From: Macrostomum lignano
Taxonomy: Eukaryota
Length of the DNA: 64,000 bases
NCBI GenBank assembly: GCA_002269645.1
Contig: NIVC01002006.1
Coordinates: 124,001 to 188,000, forward strand
Reading direction: 5' to 3'
Shown one piece after another: positions 1-11,299 of this stretch. Position 1 is the stretch's first letter, and every line of letters starts with the position of its first letter. Made by a program: the position numbers and the translations under genes. The notes under the pieces are model-generated. The model searched no databases and had not been told where the DNA came from. It was given only the letters and a program-made list of their open reading frames with translations.

Positions 1-371
1 TTCCTCGGGCAGTTGTAGGCGTAGTGGCCCTTCTCGCCGCAGTCGTAGCACCGGTCGTTGGGATCGAAGCCGCGCCTTGGGCCGCCGCGGTCCCGACCGC
101 CACGGTCGAATCCCTTGGGCCTGGAGCGGCCGCTGGACATTTCCACGCGGGCCCGGACGCCGCAAATGGTGGACCCGTCCAGATCGCGGACGGCGTCCTC
201 GGCGTCGCGCGGATCGTCCATTTCAATGAAGGCAAAGCCGGGCGGATTGCGGGCGATCCACACCTGGCGGACCCGGCCGAACGACTTGAAGGCGCGCTCC
301 AGTTCGCTCTCGCTGGCGTCGCGCGGCAACTCGCCGACGTAGATTTTGCAATCAAGGCGCATGCCGGACAT
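1..371 (-). CDS. SRSF7: SR splicing factor, SRSF7 (9G8)/SRSF3-like; RRM + CCHC zinc knuckle; 3' part runs off window
   Basis: Manual translation from ATG at 371: [66 protein letters not shown]...[18 protein letters not shown]. Shows the hallmark [15 protein letters not shown]1 and a CxxCxxxxHxxxxC knuckle. Confidence 0.9.
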   Translation of the reverse strand, partial: MSGMRLDCKIYVGELPRDASESELERAFKSFGRVRQVWIARNPPGFAFIEMDDPRDAEDAVRDLDGSTICGVRARVEMSSGRSRPKGFDRGGRDRGGPRRGFDPNDRCYDCGEKGHYAYNCPR

Positions 372-416
372 TGCGGCTGATCGGCTCTGCGTGGGCGGCG
401 ATGCGTGAGGAAAAGG

Positions 417-925
417 TATTGGATCCGGTGAGGGAAGGGTCATGGATCCGGTAAGGAAAGGGTCATGGATCCGGTAAGGAAGGGTCATGGATCCGGTGAA
501 GGAAGGGTCATAGATCCGGTGAGGGAAGGGTCATGGATCCGGTGAGGGAAGGGTCATGGATCCGGTGAGGGAAGGGTCATGGATCCGGTGAGGGAAGGGT
601 CATGGATCCGGTGAAGGAAGGGTCATGGATCCGGTGAAGGAAAGGTCATGGATCCGGTGAGGGAAGGGGCATGGATCCGGTGAGGGAAGGGTCATGGATC
701 CGGTGAGGGAAGGGTCATGGATCCGGTGAAGGAAAGGTCATGGATCCGGTGAGGGAAGGGTCATGGATCCGGTGAGGGAAGGGTCATGGATCCGGTGAAG
801 GAAGGGTCTAGATCCGGTGAAGGAAGGGTCATGGATCCGGTGAAGGAAAGGTCATGGATCCGGTGAGGGAAGGGGCATGGATCCGGTGAAGGAAGGGTCA
901 TGGATCCGGTGAGGAAAGGGTCATG
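417..925. repeat. 23-bp minisatellite (GGATCCGGTGAGGGAAGGGTCAT), ~22 copies
   Basis: Direct tandem periodicity just upstream of the SRSF7-like ATG. Confidence 0.95.
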
Positions 926-2200
926 GATGGGTTGTGGGCCGACTCCGAAATGGTCATAGATCATGTCCCCAGAAAATGAGGCTACATGTATTATCTAGCA
1001 TTTATTACCAGTCACACTATTCAGAATATTTAATGCTATTTAGGCCACCCTTGGGGTATGGCAATTGCAAGTGTAAATAATAACTCAAACAACCGAAATC
1101 AAAGCAGATGTCACGGAGTACTTTTTATTAACTTTATAAGAAACGGGCGGACGCAACATAGAAATGCCGTTCGATAACAGGATCAACCAGAAACTTTTAA
1201 TCCTTGAAATCAAACTTGAATTTGGCAAAGCGCTACAAATATTGAATTCTTAATTCATAAGGATTATGGCTTATTGTACACACAGACATACGTACGAGCA
1301 AGTGTTTTCACAAAAGGCCAAAATCCAATTAGCAGGTTTAGTCTCCAACCAGTCAAGTTACGCACTAACGATAATAAAAATTCTACCTCAAAACACGACT
1401 AAAGAGAGGATGATGCCATAAGAGCGTGGGTAAAATGCATCGCAGATTAATAGGGTAATAATTACATGCTTGTCGCAGTTCGAAGTTCCGGGGAATTTTT
1501 TGTGGCTAGCAAATAGCAGTGAGCAAAATTACTAAAGCTAAAAAACACCAGTTTAGGATAGCCGATATGTATCGAAAAATACTTATCAAACCTAATCCGC
1601 ATTTTACTTGAAATCTAGTACAATTCCTACTTTCTTGTCCTAGATAAACGAAGAGAAGCACGTGATCAAGCTTCGCTATCACGTGACAAAACTGAATCAA
1701 ATGAATTTTTTAAAAAGTAGACACTCGACTTACTTATTCGCTGGCTTTTTGTCTGTTTTCTCCCACACATCCCCTTAATTTCATTGCTCATTCTCGCACA
1801 CTCCGCCTAGTGCTGCAATGTACATATTACATCAGTGTTGGCTATTCTTGCCACAGATAACAAATCAGTCACGTGACTTTCCATTAATAAAAGAACACCG
1901 CTAAATCTAGCTTCAAAATTGAACAGTAGAAAATATTTAGTAGTAGACTCTAAATGTACTTTTTGGTCTCTGTGAAACTGTGCGCGCAAAACTGTGCCTC
2001 TGACTACTGAGCTCGAACTGAGTAGTAGTTGATTTGATGACTCAGTGAGTAACCTACCAAGGACCACTGGAATGTAGCAACAGCCAACAGGACGTAAAAC
2101 CGAATGAACTGAACAGACAGATTGTGGTTGACAAAGTGGCTATTGAAATCATTTTTATAATTTAACGTATTTTCCCTATATTTCTACTGTTAGTAGAGTA

Positions 2201-2683
2201 TCAGCTAAGCGTGCAGTCACAGGCAGCACCAAAGTGCAGCACCAGCTGCCTGCTCATCTCATTGGCCAACTGCTCAACAGCCGGGCCAGCCGCGCCCGCC
2301 CAGGGACAGCCATAGGCAAAATGACCTTCGGCGCCGCAATCGAAGCAGGACTCAACCAGGCCGCGGCAATGAGCCGCGAGTTCGAGCCGAGCCCGAGCGC
2401 CGCACAGAGGCGAATCGTCCAGCCGATCGACAGCTTCCAGTGCGTCGCAATGATCGGACATTTCAACGATGACGACAGCGACTGTTGGCGACCAGACTGA
2501 CAGGACGCGGCCGAATCTGGAGAAGGCCCGCTCCAGATCTGCCGCGCTTGCGCCTGGCGGTAAACCGCTGACGCGGATCATACTACTGCCACAGCCGGTA
2601 GTATGCATAGTAGCCCGTGATCTGCGTGTTTTCATTACGGGGCCAAGGCAGCCTCTGGCAGGCGAAGCGGCTGAGGGAGCCAT
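2201..2683 (-). CDS. Divergent intronless SRSF7-like paralog (degenerate RRM + Zn knuckle, no RS domain)
   Basis: 160-aa ORF. LERAFSRFGRV..VW..EM.D..DA.EAV..LD...CG.RAR.E aligns by eye to the neighbouring SRSF7-like RRM; CFDCGAEGHFAYGC knuckle; stop follows with no RS repeats. Confidence 0.75.
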   Translation of the reverse strand: MAPSAASPARGCLGPVMKTRRSRATMHTTGCGSSMIRVSGLPPGASAADLERAFSRFGRVLSVWSPTVAVVIVEMSDHCDALEAVDRLDDSPLCGARARLELAAHCRGLVESCFDCGAEGHFAYGCPWAGAAGPAVEQLANEMSRQLVLHFGAACDCTLS

Positions 2684-3044
2684 GGAAGTTTGCCATGCAA
2701 GTTATTAATAGTAAAATTTAAAAGTGAACAGGTGAGAAATATGAAGCACCCTATATAAATCCGAACAGATAGAAAAATGCATAGTGCGATACGTCTCAAT
2801 TGCCGATGATTCAAGAGATCAAAATTCATCACAACAATTGTTACAAAATTGATTTATTTGCCAGATAGAATAATCAATACCATTACACAATGGCCTTCAA
2901 AACTGCATCCTATCACTTTATACTCGTAAGCATAAATGCTGGAGGCGAATTTAAGAACATTGGAAGCAAAAATATTGTCCAAGAAGTAAGCAAGCAATAA
3001 TGCGATCAACTTGTGATTATTGTGGGATCTATGTGATTTGTGAT

Positions 3045-4800
3045 TTAGGGATTTTTTAAGGATAAATGTGATTTATGTGATTTATTAAGACTTGGATTTT
3101 TATGGGATGCAATGTGACTTATGATGTGGGGATTTTCATGCGATCCCATGTAATTTATGATGTGGGGATTTTCATGCGATCCCATGTAATTTATGATTTG
3201 GGGATTTTCATGCGATCCCATGTAATTTATGATTTGGGGATTTTCATGCGATCCCATGTAATTTATGATTTGGGGATTTTCATGCGATCCCATGTAATTT
3301 ATGATTTGGGGATTTTCATGCGATCCCATGTAATTTATGATTTGGGGATTTTCATGCGATCCCATGTAATTTATGATTTGGGGATTTTCATGCGATCCCA
3401 TGTAATTTATGATTTGGGGATTTTCATGCGATCCCATGTAATTTATGATTTGGGGATTTTCATGCGATCCCATGTAATTTATGATTTGGGGATTTTCATG
3501 CGATCCCATGTAATTTATGATTTGGGGATTTTCATGCGATCCCATGTAATTTATGATGTGGGGATTTTCATGCGATCCCATGTAATTTATGATTTGGGGA
3601 TTTTCATGCGATCCCATGTAATTTATGATTTGGGGATTTTCATGCGAACCCATGTAATTTATGATTTGGGGATTTTCATGCGATCCCATGTAATTTATGA
3701 TTTGGGGATTTTCATGCGATCCCATGTAATTTATGATTTGGGGATTTTCATGCGATCCCATGTAATTTATGATTTGGGGATTTTCATGCGATCCCATGTA
3801 ATTTATGATTTGGGGATTTTCATGCGATCCCATGTAATTTATGATTTGGGGATTTTCATGCGATCCCATGTAATTTATGATGTGGGGATTTTCATGCGAT
3901 CCCATGTAATTTATGATTTGGGGATTTTCATGCGATCCCATGTAATTTATGATTTGGGGATTTTCATGCGAACCCATGTAATTTATGATTTGGGGATTTT
4001 CATGCGATCCCATGTAATTTATGATTTGGGGATTTTCATGCGATCCCATGTAATTTATGATTTGGGGATTTTCATGCGATCCCATGTAATTTATGATTTG
4101 GGGATTTTTATGGGATCCCATGTAATTTATGATGTGGGGATTTTTATGGGATCGCATGTAATTTATGATGTGGGGATTTTCATGCGATCCCATGTAATTT
4201 ATGATTTGGGGATTTTTATGCGATCCCATGTAATTTATGATTTGGGGATTTTCATGCGATCCCATGTAATTTATGATGTGGGGATTTTTATGCGATCCCA
4301 TGTAATTTATGATTTGGGGATTTTTATGCGATCCCATGTAATTTATGATTTGGGGATTTTTATGCGATCCCATGTAATTTATGATTTGGGGATTTTTATG
4401 CGATCCCATGTAATTTATGATTTGGGGATTTTCATGCGATCCCATGTAATTTATGATTTGGGGATTTTTATGCGATCCCATGTAATTTATGATTTGGGGA
4501 TTTTTATGCGATCCCATGTAATTTATGATGTGGGGATTTTTATGCGATCCCATGTAATTTATGATTTGGGGATTTTCATGCGATCCCATGTAATTTATGA
4601 TTTGGGGATTTTCATGCGATCCCATGTAATTTATGATTTGGGGATTTTCATGCGATCCCATGTAATTTATGATTTAGGGATTTTTATGGGATTTTGTGGT
4701 TTTTTATTTGAGAATTTTTTGGAATCCTGTCTGGTTTTATGATTTGGGGATTTTGCGATTTTGATTAGGGGATTTATGGAAGCACATGTAATTTATGATT
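3045..4800. repeat. 36-bp minisatellite (ATGATTTGGGGATTTTCATGCGATCCCATGTAATTT), ~47 copies
   Basis: Tandem periodicity that explains the 12-aa-repeat ORFs on both strands. Confidence 0.95.
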
Positions 4801-4915
4801 TGGGATAATAAATGGCGACAGAATATTACAACTGATTGATCACTTCAATCAGCAAGCATAGGTACGATACGCTCATATCAAATCCTCAATCAATTGTTTC
4901 TTCCTAAACAGCATT

Positions 4916-5791
4916 TTAGCCTCCAGTCTCAAACTCCAACTGGCATTTCGGCAACTTTGAGACCAGCTGCTCGCCCAGCCGGGCCCAGTCGGAGGCATCC
5001 AGGCTGGCCAGCTGACCAAGCCGCAGGTGCCTCAGGCCCTCGATGCGGGCCATCTCCAGCACTCCCTTCGGGGTCACCTGAGGACACTGGCTAACGAACA
5101 GCCGCTCCAGCCGGCAGTGATCAGCCAGGTAGGTGAACGCGGAATCGTCCAAGTAGGGGCAGTTCTTCAGCCGCATCGAACTCAACCTGCTCAGGCCCAG
5201 CAGGTGGGGAAACCCGGCCGAGCTTAGCGAGGCCGTGTCGGCCAGGATCTCCTGGATGCGCTGGTCGGGCGGCACGCCGCCCAGCTGGTTGTAGTCCGAC
5301 GTGGCGCCGCGATCGTCGGCCCACACGACTGAGGCGCCGTTGCGGAGCAGCCATTCGGCGCAGGCGCGGTCCGGGCCGACCTGCGGACAGATGAATGATT
5401 TGGGGATTAATTATTATGAATCAGGGTTAAGGATTAAATACTCGAGATCAATGATGGGATATATCGATTAAATATTAGAAATTAGGCTGAGAGGTAGTAG
5501 AGGGATTTGAGCTGGGGGAATTAGAGTGGTCTGACAAAGGGATCAGAGGCATTTGAGCTGGGGGAATTCGAGTGGTCTGACAAAGGGAGACAAGAGATGA
5601 GACGCCAAACGCGGCATTTCAACAGACACCTGTTTGATCCGATCGCGGTCCACTTTATTCCACACGCCAACCAGCCAAGCAAAGTAGCCGCGGCTCTGCT
5701 GCAGCAGCCCCGGTCCAAGCCGGCCGCCTGCACCGGCTGCGGCTTCTGCTAGAAGCAGCAATTGGCGTTTGTAAGCAAAAATGGCAGGCAT
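4916..5791 (-). CDS. ATP5S: Mitochondrial ATP synthase subunit s / factor B; exons 5791-5630 and 5380-4916 (~208 aa)
   Basis: FAWLVGVWNKVDRDRIKQ|VGPDRACAEWLLRNGASV...DYN matches the factor B motif (FN.VD..RI..VGPDRA..EWLLR.GA). Leucine-rich-like C-terminus; phase-0 GT-AG intron 5629-5381. Confidence 0.85.
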
Positions 5792-5859
5792 GCAGCAAAT
5801 GAAATTATGAATGCTTTGCGAAGGAATAAAACTTGAGGAATGAACAAGTGAAGATGAAT

Positions 5860-6165
5860 TTCTCAGGTAGGTCAGGGATCATGGGGAATTGCTCAGGTGG
5901 CTCAGGGATCATGGGGAATTGCTCAGGTGGCTCAGGGATCATGGGGAATTGCTCAGGTGGTTCAGGGATCATGGGGAATTGCTCAGGTGGCTCAAGGATC
6001 ATGGGGAAATGCTCAGGTGGCTCAGAGATCATGGGGAATTGCTCAAGTGGCTCAGGAATCATGGGGAATTGCTCAGGTGGCTCAGGGATCATGGGGAAAT
6101 GCTCAGGTGGCTCAGGGATCATGGGGAATCACTCAGGTGGCTCAGGCATCATGGGGAATTGCTTA
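5860..6165. repeat. 30-bp minisatellite (CTCAGGTGGCTCAGGGATCATGGGGAATTG), ~10 copies
   Basis: Tandem periodicity between the PNKP stop and the ATP5S start. Confidence 0.9.
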
Positions 6166-6558
6166 AATAATAAATGAAAGCAGGCTAGCAGTCAAAATGA
6201 ACTATTAGAATTTAAAAATCAATTTTTATGCATTAATTTCTCTCTCCAACGTCAATAAAGTCATAAACCGGCACCAAAATATGAAGCCATGAGTCATGAA
6301 ATGATAAAGCAAATTAAATGTACTCGCAATTAATGAAATGCTAAATGTTTCGGATGGGTAATTATGAGACAATAGCTAGCATGAATACAGGAATAAAAAT
6401 GATAATAGTGAACCTACAAAACTGAAAGAGCTAAAGATGCAAACTTATCAAAAAAATACATTTTGCGATTTCGATTGCAAATACCAGTACTTTTGTAAGT
6501 AACATGATGCAATATTGGCGTTGCAATCAGTAACCATAGCAACAACGGTAAGCGTATG

Positions 6559-9500
6559 CTATTTCTCCACCAGATACTGACAGTACAGTCTCCTGTGCTC
6601 ATCCACTTGAAAGCTCGGCACAAACGGCACCTTCAAAATGCGATCAAATCCTTCAGACAGGCTGGGCTCAACGAACTTGGCCCGCATCTGGTTGAACACC
6701 ATCTCGCTCACCGGCTCGCGTCGCTTCTTGCTGGGCGGCCCGTCCGCTGGATTGTCCGCGGCCTCCTCTTCCACAATGCGGCGGTACCGCTCGTTGTGCA
6801 GGCACTGGGCCAGGCTGCACTGCATCACCAGGCAGGCGGCCCCGGCTTTGCAACGGCGGGCGCACTCGATATAGCGCTGCCGGCTCTCCTTGTCCACACT
6901 GGTGTTGTCCACCTGCGGGTTGGGGTTGGTGTGGGACTGCACTCCCAGATCCTCAGTTGCTGGGCCAGCCTCCCAGATCCTCAGTTGCTGGGCAGCCTTC
7001 CAGATCCTGTTGTTGGGCTACTGACCTCCTATTATCCAAGCCCCATGAACTCTCACCAGCACAATGGCTCTGCCAGAAGCAGACTTGAGCGCAGTTTCGG
7101 CAGACTGCACGCACTTCTGCCAGGTGCCCAGCCGGTCCCGATTCACAACGCAGACAGCTGGACCCGCAGCGCCCTGGCCGGCCAGCAAGCGGCTGATTTG
7201 AGCGCACAGAGTGGACTTGCCGCTGGCCGGGTAGCCCACCAGCAGCACAAGCAGAGCAGCCGACTTGCTACAAGAAGAATCGTCAAGCAAAAACTGACGC
7301 AACTCGTCTGTAGGCCAGCAATCTGCGTGGCCATTTTTCGCATTAAGCAGAGCTGTGGGATCGAACTCCGGCATGCGGCACTGAGACAGCGGCACGGGGC
7401 GATGGCCCAGAAAGAACTCTTCGGGCGTGTGAAAGGCGCTCAAACGACAGTTAAGAGCGAATAGGCGATCCGAGCAGGAGAAGTCGGCTTTGCGGCCGCT
7501 GCGACCTGGCAGTTTGTATTGCATTTTTCTCATGCACATTTGTGCAGGGTGGAGATGTCGGCACAGAGCAATTGAAAACAGATACGAGTCAAAGAAGCGC
7601 ATTGATGGCGTATGAGTAAAGAGAAATTGCCTCAGAACAGAACATCACGACATGAAAATCCAAGACAAGGGAATCCAAGACAAGGGAATCCAAGACAGGG
7701 GAATCCAAGACAGGGGAATCCAAGACAGGGGAATCCAAGACAGGGGAATCCAAGACAGGGGAATCCAAGACAGGGAAATCCAAGGCGGAAATCAAGAGAG
7801 AGAAATACAGGACAGGGAAATCCAAGACAGGGAAATCCAAGACGGAAATCTAGAGAGGAAAAGAAAAGGGGATTTAAAACATGGAAATCAAGGATGGAAA
7901 TCTAGATATAGGAATCCAAGACAGGGGAATCCAAGACAGGGGAATCCAAGACAGGAAAACCAAGCGAGAAAAAACAAGACAAAGAAACCCAAAAAACCTA
8001 AAATTCTAAGGCATTTACAAACTAGGAAACTCTCACTAGAAGCAATTCCAGAGAAAAATCCCCTAAAACATCCGGACTGAATCCTGAAATGGTCTACACT
8101 TATATCAGGCCTCAGACACTGTGAATGGTGGTAGACGCAGATCATCATACCAAATGGTCAAGAGTAGCAATTAGGTCATCATATGGGCCTTAATTAACGT
8201 GTTACTCACATCTCCGAACAAGGATATATTTAAAAAACAGTAAGAACAGGCCTCAGACAGTAAATAGTGGTAGATGTGTCATCATACCAGCCGGTCAAGA
8301 GTAGCAATTAGGTCATCATATTGGCCGTCGTTTTAATTAAACTTTAAGAAACGTCTAATGAAAGTGTACCAGCTTTTAAATCCCAGGGGAAATTTTACAC
8401 GGGGAAATCCCATACGGGGAAATCCCATACGGAGAAATCCCATACGGAGAAATCCCATACGGGGAAATCCCATACGGGGAAATCCCATACGGGGAAATCC
8501 CATATGGGGAAATCCCATACGGGGAAATCCCATACGGGGAAATCCCATACGGGGAAATCCCATACGGGGAAATCCCATACGGGGAAATCCCATACGGGGA
8601 AATCCCATACGGGGAAATCCCATACGGGAAAATCCCATACGGGAAAATCCCATACGGGGAAATCCCATACGGGGAAATCCCATACGGGGAAATTCCATAC
8701 AGGGAAATCCCATATGGGGAAATCCCATACGGGAAGTTCTACGGTATACGGGGAAACCTGAGAAAAAAGAAGTAACAGAAATAGAAAAATGCAGTACTAG
8801 TAAATCTCACCTTTCCCAGTCTCAGCTGGTCTGCCAGCTGCGTCTCCAACGTAAAACGACTCAGCCGGATCCGGTCGGAGGCCCGCATTGAATTCATCTC
8901 GCTCCAGTAGGTGCCACATGCCAGTGCAGGGTTTGCGATATCGTTGACCGCGCACGCTAAGAAAAACTTGCATCGGTGCGCCCAGGCGAGCGGAAACTCT
9001 CTCAATCTGTTTCGTTATTAAGCGATTTAGTTCAATAAGACTCATGATTATATTTCAAAACTGATATGAAAATACTTTTCAATAATAGCTGCAGTTCAAA
9101 CATCACTATAAATCCAGGCCTCAGACAATGAAAATGGTGGTAGATGCATCTCGTCATACCAACAGGTCAAGAGTAGCAATTATGTCATCATATCGGCCTT
9201 ATAAGACATACATATAAAACAATTAACTTTGCATTAGTGAAATGACAGTTAAAAGTACAGTTCATCGAATTTATATTAAATCTTGCCCCAAAATTCTGGC
9301 CTCAGACTTTGTGACTGGTGGTAGATTCAGCTCATCATACCGACAGGTCAAGAGTAGCAATTAGGTCATCATATGGGCCATATAAATATAATCATTTATT
9401 GAGACACATGAGAAACGCAGACAGTGAAGGGCGATTTACGAAAGGCGGTGAAGGGTGATTCTCGGAAGGCGGTGAAGGGCGATTCTTGAAAGGTGGTGAA

Positions 9501-11201
9501 GGGTGATTCTCGGAAGGCGGTGAAGGGCGATTCTTGAAAGGTGGTGAAGGGTGATTCTCGGAAGGCGGTGAAGGGCGATTCTTGAAGGGTGGTGAAGGGT
9601 GATTCTCGGAAGGCGGTGAAGGGTGATTCTCGGAAGGCGGTGAAGGGCGATTCCTGAAAGGCGGTGAAAGGTGATTCTCGGAAGGCGGTGAAGGGCGATT
9701 CCTGAAAGGCGGTGAAAGGTGATTCTCGGAAGGCGGTGAAGGGCGATTCCTGAAAGGCGGTGAAGGGTGATTCTCGGAAGGCGGTGAAGGGCGATTCCTG
9801 AAAGGCGGTGAAGGGCGATTCTTGAAAGGCGGTGAAGGGTGATTCTCGGAAGGCGGTGAAGGGCGATTCCTGAAAGGCGGTGAAGGGCGATTCTTGAAAG
9901 GCGGTGAAGGGTGTTTCTCGGAAGGCGGTGAAGGGTGTTTCTCGGAAGGCGGTGAAGGGCGATTCTTGAAAGGCGGTGAAGGGCGATACTTGAGAGACGA
10001 AAAGAATTACGCAGGTGTGTTAGCAAGCAAGTTAGAAAATAATTTGCATTATAATACTAAATAATTTGTAAAATTCTGATGTACGAACGTACAATAAATC
10101 CGGCCTCAGACACAGTGAATGGTGGTAGATGCAGCTCATCATACCAACAGGTCAAGAGTAGCAATTGGGTCATCATACCGGCCTATCTAATAAGGAAAAC
10201 AGAAAAGAAAAGTTCCATAGCCTCAGACAGAAACAAGGTGGTAAACCTTCTCATCATGAGACACATCAAGAGTAGCAATTGAGTCATCATTGGCTATTCA
10301 AAACAAAGAAATAAACTGGCATAGTAGGACACATACTCACTTTGACTTTCAAATCCTCCACTCTCACTTTGCCAACCTCGACACCTTTCTGATTAGAGAA
10401 CAGTGCCACTTTGTAGCCCTCAGCGACCAGAGATTTCAATCGGCCAGGCACCTGGGGATAAATCACTTTCCAATCCGCCAGATCTTTGGCAAAAACTCGC
10501 CCAGACTGCGTGGTAATCAGCGTGCCGTCCATATCGAATCCGGCGATTTTGCGGCTGGGCAAACAGCCGGGCGTCGTGTAGACAAGAACTGCGCCGAAAT
10601 CGCGCCAACCAGTTGGAGTCGGCTTTAATTGGCTGGGAGAGTCGGATGAATTTGATTGGCTGGCCGAGTTGGAGGCTTCCAATTGGCTGGCGCTGGCTGC
10701 GCAGTCTGATTGGCTGGAGAACCGAGCGGCTGCTTGGCGCATTAAGTCTAATTGAAGATCAACCTGACTAGGATTTTCATCGCTATCTTGCTGGGCCCCC
10801 TCGCCCGCATTCAATTGCTCGAGTCTCCGCTTCTTTACCACTGGCTCCGAGTCCTCAGGTGCCAATGACACCTTCAGCAGACAGTCGTTGCCAAGTATCA
10901 AAGCGTCGCCATTGGCTAATCTCGCCGACTCGCCCATAGTCAATAGTTGACGCTGATCACCACCTTTGTCCTCACTGTTAGAGTTGACATACAACCTACC
11001 AGCTCCAACACAAGTCACTGTCAATGATTCTACACCGCTGCTACCGCTGTCTGTTTGTTGCAAATCTAATCTGGCTTGCTGACGAGAACAGGCCGCGTCT
11101 CGAATGTCGAACTGTGGCTGACGGCCGATGACAACGCTGCCGCCGCTGTCTATGGTGCAAACTGTTCTGCCCGTGCGAGGGCAAACCAAACTGGCGCGCA
11201 T
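6559..11201 (-). CDS. PNKP: Bifunctional polynucleotide phosphatase/kinase; exons 11201-10341, 9006-8811, 7505-7057, 6912-6559 (~619 aa)
   Basis: FHA (VIGR...D.ACSRQQ), HAD phosphatase (IAGFDMDGTLITTQSG, FSNQ, RKP.TGMW, FYVGDAAGR, DFSCSDRLFALN) and kinase P-loop (VGYPASGKST, NRD.LG.WQKC, VDNT). All introns GT-AG with consistent phases 0/1/0. Confidence 0.95.
7655..7945. repeat. 15-bp minisatellite (CAGGGGAATCCAAGA) in PNKP intron 2
   Basis: Tandem periodicity. Confidence 0.9.
8107..8190 (-). ncRNA. C/D-box snoRNA, U76/SNORD76-like, copy A (PNKP intron 2)
   Basis: Sense strand: AGGCC-cat-ATGATGA(C)-cctaaTTGCTACTC-TTGA(D')-...ATGATGA(C')-...CTACCACCATT...CTGA(D)-GGCCT, with a terminal stem. 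Confidence 0.85.
8249..8326 (-). ncRNA. C/D-box snoRNA, U76-like, copy B (PNKP intron 2)
   Basis: GGCC stem; C/D'/C'/D boxes and the AATTGCTACTCTTGA guide are intact. Confidence 0.8.
8385..8735. repeat. 15-bp minisatellite (GGGGAAATCCCATAC) in PNKP intron 2, ~23 copies
   Basis: Tandem periodicity. Confidence 0.95.
9116..9199 (-). ncRNA. C/D-box snoRNA, U76-like, copy C (PNKP intron 1)
   Basis: AGGCC/GGCCT stem; C, D' and D boxes intact; C' variant ATGACGA; guide conserved. Confidence 0.8.
9297..9380 (-). ncRNA. C/D-box snoRNA, U76-like, copy D (PNKP intron 1)
   Basis: TGGCC/GGCCA stem; all boxes and guide conserved. Confidence 0.85.
9440..9990. repeat. 24-bp minisatellite (GAAGGCGGTGAAGGGTGATTCTCG) in PNKP intron 1
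   Basis: Tandem periodicity separating the two snoRNA doublets of intron 1. Confidence 0.95.
10102..10183 (-). ncRNA. C/D-box snoRNA, U76-like, copy E (PNKP intron 1)
   Basis: GGCC stem; all boxes and guide conserved. Confidence 0.85.
10217..10297 (-). ncRNA. C/D-box snoRNA, U76-like, copy F (most diverged; PNKP intron 1)
   Basis: ATAGCC/GGCTAT stem (compensatory relative to GGCC). C, D', C' and D boxes and the AATTGCTACTCTTGA guide are retained. Confidence 0.8.
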
Positions 11202-11299
11202 GGCAGCTGCATGAAGACAAACGAAAGTTGAAAACTTGAGAAATTATGCGGACTGATGAAATAACTTAAAAAGGTCACATTCCAAGGACTTTTTTCAGG

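Noticed and set aside
24-380. Plus-strand ORFs antisense to real exons (also 6556-7464, 39580-40152, 40629-41510, 53586-54104)
   Set aside because: Shadow ORFs of GC-rich coding sequence on the opposite strand, with no recognisable motifs.
3045-4742. 538/546-aa repeat ORFs on both strands
   Set aside because: These are by-products of a 36-bp stop-free minisatellite. The same applies to ORFs at 5805-6177, 7612-8891, 9436-10026, 33413-36122, 42112-42426, 45533-46256, 57077-57556 and 62813-63993.
8107-10297. CRISPR-like array (conserved repeats with variable spacers)
   Set aside because: Eukaryotic intronic context, irregular spacing, ~80-nt units with C/D boxes and no cas genes; better explained as snoRNAs. 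The minisatellites have no unique spacers.
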